Made by a program: the position numbers and the translations under genes. Of a stretch of 64,000 bases of DNA, positions 45,966-57,263 are shown in pieces (positions within the stretch are counted from its first letter, which is position 1; each line of letters opens with the position of its first letter). Source of the stretch: the human T2T-CHM13v2.0 reference genome, Homo sapiens; NCBI RefSeq assembly GCF_009914755.1, contig NC_060931.1; one strand, given 5' to 3'. Under the pieces are notes generated by a model. It searched no databases. It was given only the letters and a program-made list of their open reading frames with translations, and had not been told where the DNA came from.

Positions 45966-48189
45966 TACCAGACAGCAAATTATGAGCTAAACAATGGTAT
46001 AGGTGGTTATTACAGGGATGAAGATAAAGAAAATAATCTTCACCCAACTTGGAAAAGTTTCACAGAAGAGGTGGGACCTGGGTTAGGCCTTGGCATATAG
46101 TTTTAACCAGAAAAGTAAAGAGAGTAGAGATACTCAAGGCAGAAAAGCCATGAAAGTAAAGATACATATGTGAAAATGGTCTTCATTGGTTCATAAGATG
46201 ATGAAGAAACCAATGCTCTATCAAATTTCTGGCAAACGTATTAATACATATATTTATCTATGGATTTCTGCTGATCTCTAATTATTTTCCTAACTGAGAG
46301 GTCTACAAAGCATTGTATTGGAAGCAGGCCTTAATCTATCATGTCCAAACCTCTCCTGAGAGACATTTTCCTTCAGTGACCTGGGAAGCTGAACTTTCTT
46401 AATTGGATTAGTGGCATTTTGCTGTTTCAAACTGAAACAGGATCTACTGCCCTATACTAGCTAGCGCTTTATAATCTACATCATCTATTTTGCGGTCATT
46501 GTTGAAGCATCAGAGCTAACCCAGGGAGACAGGAAGTGGCATTAGATTTTTTTCTGTTTTAGCCCTGCTTAGAGATGTAGTCCAAGATGATAAAAACAAT
46601 GTGACCTTTCTAGATCAGAATACGTTTTTGCTGTAGAGCTGAGGTTCACAAAGAAAAGCCTAAAGGAACTTTTCAGTGATTCAGGGTGGATATCTCCTGG
46701 GCACTTAATATTGCAAAGGGCCTTCGATTCAACCCACTTGCCCTCGGCTATTTTCTTAATGAGAAAGTGGATCCTACAAACTTTAATCCCATTTACCGAA
46801 ATATCAAAGCAATCTGTACTTTATATCAAATAATTATATCTGAGGTAAGCTTAGGAAATTTAGCCATTTGTTGAGGGTTGTTTTTCCCATAACAAAGTCT
46901 CTAAATAGAATTATCAAGACTATCAAATGTTAATTTGTCAAGAGAAACAGAATAGCTAATAAGGATAATTAGATTTATATTGCAAATAGAGTATTATCAT
47001 GAAGGTTTCCATGTCTCCTAAAGGAAGTATGACTGAAATATGACTGCAGGGAAGTCTTAATCAACCAAACTCTAGAGTCATTTTCTCTTCAATGTACGAC
47101 AGAATCTTGCTCTGAGGCAGCGTTAGAGAGAATGCCACCCTGGCATTTTAGAACTCAGGTCTTCAACTGTGACTTATCTCCTGAAGAAAAGCACCCTCAT
47201 TCATTAAATAGACAGGGAAAGGTGGCTGTCTGGCTTCCCTGGCTTTTCTGATTAAGAAGAGAGATGAGCATACAGCTTCTATCCCTGCACAAGGGCAAAC
47301 ACCAGCCTGCTGGCAGAATTTTCAAAGATTCCAAGATTTCTCATGGATGAGGCTTCCAATGACTTTTCCCTCCAAGAGTAGACATTGATCACCTTGTAGC
47401 AGAAGTTCTGAATACCTAATGCTTTTTCTGCACTTCTAGGAATCTGAGAGCATTTGCTCTACACCTTGTATTCTATCTAATTCTGCCATCTCTTGTTCTC
47501 CTCCACTCCGAATGTTTCTTCTTATAACATTAGCCTGGTGAATTATAATTTTTTGAGACGTTGGTCGAGGTACAATTTTAAATTGCTTTTGTGAAAACCA
47601 ATACCTGTTATTTGCATTGCAGGTAAGTTATTTCAATTTTAGGGCAGGGATTACAAATTTTTTTCGTCAATAAAATCCCAAAGAGGACAGAAAGAGAAGG
47701 AGGGGTTTGCTAAAAGAATGAGATTAGAAAGACAGCTGCTGACAGTAAGTTTTTTTTCTCAGGAAAAATCAGAAAACTTCCCTTGTTCTCCTTCCTTGGC
47801 CCCTAATTAACGTGACTACCCATGGGAAGAGCAGCTGTGTCAGCCACTTCCCTTTCCTGTCTTTTTCAATGAAAATGACCAGAAACTGAAAGAAGTTCAC
47901 AGTGTGGCAACTGCACAATCTCAGTTAAATAGCCTTGAAGACCACAGGTTAATCGGTTGGATCCTTGGTTATTGAAAAACTGGTTGAAGAGGGACAGCTT
48001 CCCCTTGCCATGTACTGGCTAACACCACTAGTTTTCTCACTGTTCTTCTCCACATGACTGTTGGACTCCATTCCATGCTTCTTGCTTCCTCCTCTATATT
48101 CTCCATTTAGTTACTTTGAAAAAAAGCTTTATGTACATATAAAACTTTATATATATAATATAATATATATATATATACACACACTCAGT

Positions 48190-48596
48190 TTTGAAACTGT
48201 GAAACAAAACACCCATAATCCTATTGCCCAGAGATAAGCATCTTTAACATTTTCTTTGGCATTTGCTATGCACATATATGTAGTTAGTTTTGTAAAATTG
48301 GAATCATTCTGTATATTTTATAATAGTTTAACTATTTCTCACATGAATATACACTTCTGTAGTAAGATCTTATATGACTATATGTTCTTCTATTGTACGA
48401 AAATCCTATTATTCGGTCTAATTCTGAGTATTTATGTTGTTTTGAAATCTTTTGTCATAAATAAGACTGAAATGAACATTTTAGCATTTAATATTTTATA
48501 GATATCTCTGAGAATTTCCTTAGGGTAAATTTCTCAAGAGGGAATTTTCAAATCAGATTATAGATATTCAAAGAGTCTCCAGAAAGCTATTATTTA
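48190..48596 (-). mobile_element. L1ME-like 3' fragment (host of the BRWD1 retrocopy; resumes after ~50754)
   Basis: ATGAACATT..AATTTCCTTAGGGTAAATTTC..CTCCAGAAAG; L1-like sequence continues at 50754-51550. Confidence 0.6.
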
Positions 48597-50753
48597 TTTA
48601 TTTCCCATTTAATGCCAAATAAGTGTTGATTTTTCAACATAGCATTACACTATACAATATTAAAGATGAAAGGTCTTATGTTTGATTCAACTTCTTAAAA
48701 ATGGAAACTTTTATAAGGAAAAATTTAATTTCTTTAATTTATATGAACATTCTTGACTTCTTCGGTTTTAAAATTAATTTGGACAATACTGCCATACTTT
48801 AGTCTCTTTATGAAGTATTGACAAATTAAAATTAAATACCTTTCCTTTTATTTTAGGATCTCAGATAATCCTCCGCAGAAGAGCCCATATGTAGGATCTA
48901 TGTGTCTGGACACAAATTCAAAAGTCCCATCCCTCCTTGACCAACCAGCAAATGCATTAAGATGCATTAAGAAAACAATATGTGCCCCCCCATAGCAGAT
49001 AGCAGCAGAACACAGGCTATGAGCAGTCATGCTGTGCTAGAAATTTAGTTTCTTCACCACTCAAAAAGAAAGAAGGGAGAGCATTATACTAAACCTCTGT
49101 GGAATCTTAAGTGCCCCCAAACCAACAGGCATATTGCATTTTACATGAATGGATTCACTACCACTATCATGACCAAAGAGCAGTTACAAGGCATCCTCTT
49201 GTGGTACTAGTACAAAACAAATAGAGAATTATGGCCCCTACTCTGGAGCTGCTTGCTGAAGTCTCTTCTAAGATCTGCCAGTAGCAAGCAGTGCTCATAA
49301 CAAAACCATGACATTGAGCTTGACGCAAGTAGAGAAAAACAAAGGAAAACATGCTACCCCAGTAACTACCATATAACCACCTAAAACAGAATAATTACAA
49401 AGTGAATAGGGAAACAGAAGAAAAAAGAATATACATGGTTTCCTGATGCCACAGTGTGGCATTGCTACAGAGGACTAAGAAACAACTAAGGCTGACAAAC
49501 CAGTCTGGCATGGAACTAAGAGGGAAGGTGGTTCCTTCTCAGTTAAGCTTTATGTTAGTGCTGCATTGAAGAGGTAGCATCACATCAGCAATAGCTTGTA
49601 ACAAAAAATAATCATGGGATGTAATTTAATGTATGCTTAGGATCAAAAGAACCAACAATCTTTGCCCATTAACAGTTTAATCAGATGTACACATGGATCA
49701 TATCACATGTACATACTTAGTTTAAGTCATTTATACCAAGCTAACAGAAAAAGGATAGCAATTCCAAACATTTTGCTAGCACATAACTTTGCAAAAAAAT
49801 TAAATTGGTGAAGAAAAGAACCATGCAATTTTACATTTTTGGTGTGTGTTTTCAAGCTGCTTCCAAATTTATAAAATCACTTCCCTTTATAACAAAGGAT
49901 TTTCAGAATCTAAATATCAAATGAAATACTCCTAGCACTTAAAGAGTTTATTAGACACATACAATTACGTTCAATGAAGTTATGAGGGAGCTTCAAAGTG
50001 GAAGATTAAGAATTCACAGTGATAAAACTTCAAACACATCTCAGAATAAATTCAAGCTTTTTAGCTAACATATGTGTCTTTATCAATTTTTTAAATGCAG
50101 AAGGGCCCATGAAACACACAGCAGAATTCAATGTTCTATGCTAAATGCAGAGAATTGTATAGTTCACAGCATGACTTACATATATTATCACCTTTCCTCC
50201 ACAATGCTTAAAGCTATTAACACAAAGCAGAACACATCTCCACATTAACCTATGTTCTGCTGTATGTAACAAAGACTGCCTTCCTGCACCAAGGAAAGAA
50301 GTGACTCTTGAAATACCGAGTGGAATTTCTTTAACCAAAATAAGATTGAAGCACTGGCAGACCCACAGCAGGTGATCAGGAGCCACATGCTTAATGGACA
50401 AGACCAATTCTTTGCATTCAGTCTAATAATTATGTCTCAAATTTTTAGACTGTTGTGTTCGTTGCCCTCCTAGTCCAACCTCTTCAGCAGCAACTGGTGC
50501 TGCTTCAGCTCCAGCACTGCTACCTAGGCCAGTCTCTGACACAGGCTGGTCAACAGGTACCAGCTGATGAGGAAGTACAGCTCCGACTCCAAGACAGGCA
50601 CTGGGCATCTGGCCACCAGGGCTTGGCCGAGGCTGGGCACAGGGCGAGAGGTGGGAACAGGTGGTGGGCAAAGCATTCAGGCCCCACGAGGCTGGACCAG
50701 GCCAGGGCCAGGCCTCCACCCCAGGTACATGCCACAGCTAAGCTGTGCAACTC
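48597..50753 (-). pseudogene. BRWD1P: Processed pseudogene of BRWD1 (WDR9), short N-terminal isoform; CDS-equivalent ~50630-50240
   Basis: Minus-strand translation [76 protein letters not shown] matches the BRWD1 N-terminus ([70 protein letters not shown]) with no introns. ATG lost; TAG stops at 50526-50524 and 50472-50470; frameshifts; ATTAAA (48613-48608) and A-rich tail; degenerate 16-bp TSD at 48581-48596 / 50754-50769. Which numbered BRWD1P locus this is cannot be determined here. Confidence 0.93.
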
Positions 50754-50825
50754 AGAAGGGTATAATTTAATGTATTTTTACCTGCAGTATGTGAACTTAC
50801 TTATAAACAGTTTTGATAATGTTAC

Positions 50826-51187
<362 letters not shown>

Positions 51188-51889
51188 TGACTAAACTTGA
51201 ATTAACTTTATTCATTGACATTTTATATATATACATAATATGCACTAGCCATTAACATAAAATATCAAGTTTTTTTGTGTATGTGTGTTTATGTAAATTT
51301 TATCTTATTCCCTTTCAATTTTAACACATAATGCTAAATTTAACATAGTCAAATTTGTCAATAATTTCTCATATGATTTTGGCCATTTAAAAAAGTGTTT
51401 GGAAAGACCTTCCCCACCACAAGATCAGATTAATACTGAGCTGCATTTTCTTCTGGTTTTCTATGATTTTGTTTTTTTACAGTGTACTATTTAACCAACT
51501 TTGAAAGTTTTTTGGCAAATAAGATAATGTAGAGACAGTATTTAATCCTCAAAGAGATAAGAATTACTCTTATACGCTATTTGATTTTTCCCTGTCTTGT
51601 GGTGGGATACTCTCTTGATGTGGTAATTCATTAGCTGAAATTTAATTTCTTATTTTTGCTGAGAATAATCAGCTGAAGGGCCTTAGGATTCTGGTGGCAA
51701 TGGGAAAGTTTGAAAGACAGTGGCCAGGTAGTTACCTCTGGCCCCACCAGAATTGTTGTAGACTTGTACAAGGAGCTATGAACTCACATTCTAACAGGTA
51801 AAGGACAGATGATGGAACTACCAATATCCAGCTCTTTTGGGGCCCAAGAGAAAGTAGCTTTCATAACTGTTGCTATTATTTCAACCACT

Positions 51890-52150
51890 ACTCATACTCT
51901 AATACTACTACATCCACCACTCAAAATTTATTGAGATCTTATAATGTTTAAGATTATACTAAGAACTTTATATACAACACATATGTGAAGATTACAAATA
52001 TTTATTTTTCACACACACAACGATCCCCTCCATTATTCCAACTTTATAAAGAGCACATTTGAGTTGGGTCTTAGAGAAGTTAAGTAAATTGTACAAAGTT
52101 TAAAATCTGAATTTGTAATCCTTATTCTATGTTGCATGTTAATAATAAAA
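51890..52150 (-). mobile_element. MIR
   Basis: AATTTATTGAG..CCAACTTTATAAAG..AGAGAAGTTAAGTAAATTGTACAAAGT. Confidence 0.6.
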
Positions 52151-54231
52151 AGTAAATTTGAAATAATATGTTTATGTGGAAGACATAGCAAATAGCTAAT
52201 GATCAGCAAGGTGACTACAACTTTTAACACCCTACACAGCTCCGAAGCACTGTGTCCCAATGTTCCTTGTAGGAATCTGTCTGCTTTTCAATTCTGCTTT
52301 TGTCAAGTTCTAATTGGATCTGTTATCTAGTGGACCTACATACTTTTTAGGGAATAAATTATTATTTTGAGTTTTTCTTTAAGATTTTGTACCAGATTTG
52401 TTATGTTACTATTATTAGGCTATTGTGAATGGCAAACTGTAAACAATGGTTTTTCTGTGGTTTTCCTGTTGTCTAAAATGTGAGTATTAGCCATAAGTGG
52501 AGCCTGCAACTAGTCCATTTGCTTTTTCAACCTATGTTGGGAGTTCCTCCTACCAAATATTATTAGAGAAATAAGGAGGGTAACTGAAAGGAAGATGATG
52601 ACTGAAAGTTTAATCCACTGTGAGAATTGGGGCAAGACACATAAGTAGCTGTGAGAATCAAGGCAAGACATGTAAATGGTGGGGTTCTCAATTTCTTTGT
52701 AAAACAGAGAAAATAATCCCTGCCTCGTTAAATTGTTTTGAAGAAAAGATGATATTTTAAAAATATAAAATATGGAAAAATCCTTTTGAAATTTTGAAAC
52801 AGTATAGAAAACATGAGGAACTAACTTAAGCTTACCAAGAGAAGAGTGTGGCTTTCTGCTCTTAGTGTAGTAGGTTGATTCTGGTTTACTCCTAGTGGAG
52901 AAGACATTAATTCAGACTTCTGGATATGGCTCTATGTTTACACACTTACACTTTTATTATACCCTATGAAACAGAAAACATGAGAATATATTGCTAAACA
53001 TTAGTTTATTTTGTCTTCTAGAGGTAGTTTCAGCTTCTGAAAAATAGCAGAAACAATTATATTTAAATCTGAGCCCCAATATATAAAATGCAGAGTTGCA
53101 TGAAGTGAATTCCAAATCCTTCTTAACTTGGTAAAGTTTCCCCCCGGATTAGCAGAAAGTATACCCATAGCATAAACATTGTTCTTATTCTAAAATTTAT
53201 ATTAAAATATATCATTCAAAGATGTATTAGTATAATCTTAGAAAAGGAAAATTTAATAATTCAGTTAATGGCCAAAATTTTAGAGAAAAGAGACTGAGAA
53301 AATACACAATGGAGGAAACGTTGCCTAGTAACTTTAAGTCTTTATAACCCAAATTTATTAAAATAATGCTTTCCAAGAAATAATTGTTTCGATATGTATT
53401 TTTGATAATAAAATAGTCCTAGACAAATGGAATATTGTGACTATGTAACATTAACCTCATTCCAGTCCCACGATGTGGTGGTAAACAATGTGCCACTGCT
53501 ACTAACATTTATTTTCTACTTTTAATATTAGCAATAGAGTTGTAGTTAAACTATCTCTGGAAGATTATTGATTTTCATAGGTAGTTCAGGTCTTCATACT
53601 CCAGGTTCAAGATCTGATATCACCCAAAGTATGGATCCATTACTTTGAAATTAACCATGCCACTAACTACTATTGCATGTCGTTAAATTGTGAAAATTTT
53701 GTCTATGTTGCATGTTCTTTCAATGTTTTAGTATGTCACACTTTTTCAAAATAAGCTTCTTGGCAGTAGTAGGCCACAGAGCTGAGTAATAAAATATGAA
53801 ATTTAAATCTGAATTTATTTTACTTACTATCATTCTGCATCGATTTTGTGTGTCTTTTTCTCTGTCTATGATCTCAAATTGGCTATTCTTTTCTGTAAGC
53901 TATTATCTGCGTCCACAATATATTGCTGACTATTGCATTTGCATGGATTGTGTCACATTCATCATTCATTGGTAAAAATCAGAACTGAAACTCAATAACT
54001 ACAGTTTTATTTCTTCATTACTTTATGTTATTTTGGTATAAAGACAGGATTTCTATCATTATCTAGTGACAATCATGAATTACCCTTTCTACAAGGAGGG
54101 GCTCAGAATAAATTCAAGATGGAAACATCAACACAATCAGTTGAAATATTGAAGCCGTTTAAGAACCAGATAATAAATATTTATTGATCTGCTAACATTT
54201 CTAGGATATAATACTTGTAGTTCTTAGGAAG

Positions 54232-54600
54232 CAATATAGTACAGTAAAAGAAAATGTAGGATTTTGCATACAACAAATTTGAATTTAAATGTAGGCTTGC
54301 GGTGTAACTAGTTTGGGGACAATGGGTAGGTCGCAGCTTTTTTGATTATAAAAGGCAGCTTTTTTGATTATAACAATACTTACCATACATACCTGTTGTG
54401 AGGGGTCTAGATATAAACTTCTGAACATAGTGACTGGTACATAATGGGCTCTGAATACACTTAAACTACTCTTCTTGAAACCAGACGGGTCTCACTAAAA
54501 CCATGGTTTTGCCTCTTAGTAGCTTCGTGACTTGAATCAAGTTCCTTAATCTCTCCAATCCTTTGCCTGACATGAGGGAAAAAAAATGATAGTCCTCACT
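54232..54600 (+). mobile_element. MIR fragments (two)
   Basis: CCTGTTGTGAGG..GAACATAGTGACTGGTACATA; GTGACTTGAATCAAGTTCCTTAATCTCT. Confidence 0.6.
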
Positions 54601-55379
54601 TGAATCCCTTTCCCTACAACTACATTGCCAACCCCCAAATCAATTCTCTACAGTGTATTATTTTTTCTTCTAAAAACTAAACATATTAGCATGGTTTTCT
54701 GGAAGATCCTTCCCAAATTGAATTATTGCCAAGACCCAGCTGGGCTAAGCAGTACAGAGATGAGTTGATTGAATTGTTCATGCATAAAGGTAATCAGCCA
54801 TTCAAACCCCGGAATGTAATTCCCAGAAAAGAGTGAGGCACGCTTTCCACCTGACAGTATTCACTTTTCTAACATGTGCTATTTCATGTTTCTCACCACA
54901 TGTGGCAAAAGTGGTAGTGGAAACATGGAAAGAGAGCAACACAGTTTCTGGTAAGAAGACGAAGCTCAACTTGTCGTTTTCCCCTAGATTTTCTAATTGC
55001 AATGCATGGTAGTCATTTTATTTCAGAGCAGTTCATTTGCAATTTTCTTTATTCTCTCTTCTAGTAATCTCAAGCCTGGTTAGTATATCCTTCAAATCTT
55101 TATCTAGATTTATGGTTTGTGTCAGTCACATGCCTTATAACTATTTAAAGAGAGATTTAAGATTCATTTATTTGGATACAAGAAAGGATGCACTGATGAA
55201 TGATATTTAGAAAGGGAAATAGACACTGCTCTCCAAACAGAATGTGACATGAAGACACATTTTCAGTGATTTACCACAGCATGAAAAAGCATTAGATTCC
55301 ATTCCTATTCTACTGAACATTTATCTTCTATTCCTTGAGCTTATACTTTTCTCAACTGAAACTTTGGAGGAAAGAGAAA

Positions 55380-55605
55380 GGCAGTTAATGTTTTCTGAGA
55401 GCCTATAATATGCAGCAGTCGGGGACACTTTGTCTAGGCTCTCTAATTTAGAACCACCACCCACTTTGTAACATAGATGACATTTACCCTGCTTGTCAGA
55501 TGAGGCAGGACGGTTAAGAGAAGTTACCAGTGTGCCTGTGGTCAGTCACTATTAAGCCACAGACCTGAGCTTTGTGCCCTCCCTACTGTTCTTGTACTAT
55601 ATGCT
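55380..55605 (-). mobile_element. MIR
   Basis: CAGATGAGGCAGG..AGAGAAGTTA..GTGGTCA. Confidence 0.55.
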
Positions 55606-56639
55606 GCTTTCTAACGTGCTATGCTTAGATATTTAGTTTTTGGTAAAGTTCAAGTCCTGGTTTTAGGTGGGCCAAAATAAGTGAAACTATTTCTTTAACC
55701 TATTTTCTTTGATGCTAGCCTAACCTATATAACAGTGAGATTGAAGTTGTGAAACCATAAAACCTCAACTCAAAGGGCAATCAACTCAAAGGGCATTGTT
55801 AGGTAGATCAGATTAAAGATTCATGGGAAATATGCCAGAATTTGAAGACTTTTGCACATGGAAGTAAAATGTTAGAAATTTCCCTTTCCCAGAGAATGCC
55901 AAAATAGGAAATAATTTTTCTCACTGATACATCTTGGGGTATTTTGGAAAAACAGAGTTGTGAATTGCAATGCTATATGAATTAAGAATTACTATTTTTA
56001 AGGTAAAACAGACAGCAGGCATTTTGAAAAAATGTGAGCAAAAGAAAGCAATCTCTTTAGGAATGCTGCTGAGCAAGATCTTGTACTTTTTTTCAGCAGT
56101 AACCGATGGGAACAGATTTTTCTGGATTTCTCTGGAGTCATAATTAAGAGCCTTGCATCAAGGAAGTGATCATTCTGATGTGGTCCCATGAGGGAACATA
56201 AACATCATAGAACGTACCAGTTTAGGAGAAGACAGAATTAGAAAGCAAGAACCAAGAAACATCAGAAACAACCAGAGTGAGAGAATTCTCTCAGTCAAAC
56301 CAGTTTCTCTACTTCTCTGTGAAGAGTTTAAAAGTTAATATCATGACTCCACTAATCTTAATTTTTTGTATACATATTTGTATCTACATAAAAAATACAA
56401 GAAAAATTATCCAGCTCTCAATCTATATTGCAACTCCTGCTTTTTGTTGCCTTTATATATGACTCTAAATTAAAGAACTCCTTTCAAATACACTCAGATA
56501 TTTGGGTCAGGAGGACCTCTATTCATCATTATAGGCAAAATTTGGTTGTCCCTAGCAACCAGGTAAAAAATGGTACTCATAATGGAGTATTGCTAGAGGG
56601 AGGCTTGGTCAGCTTGGCTAGACATTCCTAGATATCACA

Positions 56640-57113
56640 CTATGGCTAGCTAACACCAGAAAATACTTGGATCATTAGTATTTATGAGCCTGAGCCGCTC
56701 AACTTTTAAGAATAAATAAAGCTTCCTGCGTCTCTGTTGGAGAGCATTCTCTGACCATGGAAATGTGGTAGGTCCAAGAAGTGCAGACCAGGAATCTGGG
56801 AAAATCAGAATCTTAGGAGTGACCCTCACCAGTGAGGGATGAGATCTGGTGGATAAACACTCCAGCTTTCTTGCCATTGCTGGTACAGTACTGAAGAATG
56901 TTCTGTACAGCTTCTTAGAGAATCTCAGTGAGACTGAGCCTACATTCCCATAGTGGTAATTTGCTGATTAACAATATAAATATTAGCTATATTCACTTCC
57001 TTCCTTCTTTGTTTTACTTCCTTATTCTTTCACTGTTCTTCCTGGGATCACTGCCTAGATAAACCATTTGCATTTGGATTATTGTCTCAGAGTCTGCTAA
57101 CCCAAACTAAGAA
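56640..57113 (+). mobile_element. LTR16-like ERVL LTR
   Basis: GGTGGATAAACACTCCAGC..CTTCCTGGGATCAC..ATAAACCATTTGCA..GTCTCAGAGTCTGC..AACCCAAACTAAGA. Confidence 0.7.
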
Positions 57114-57180
57114 AACCACCTGATTTTTTCTACCTAATATACAGAAATATACTTAACTTATCCAAGTTAAAATAGATTTT

Positions 57181-57263
57181 TTAAAAAAATTTTTGGGCAC
57201 ATAGTAGGTATATATATTTATGGGGTACCTGAGATGTTTTGATAACAGGCATGCAATGTGAAA
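57181..57263 (-). mobile_element. Extremely truncated L1MA1-3-like 3' tip
   Basis: GGGCACATAGTAGGTATATATATTTATGGGGTAC..CAGGCATGCAATG; TSD TAAA(A/G)TAGATTTT at 57168-57180 and 57264-57276. Confidence 0.85.

Noticed and set aside
50141-50407. 88-aa residual BRWD1-like ORF as a functional micropeptide
   Set aside because: TTG start, upstream stops and frameshifts, many non-conservative substitutions; the C-terminal part is read-through into UTR
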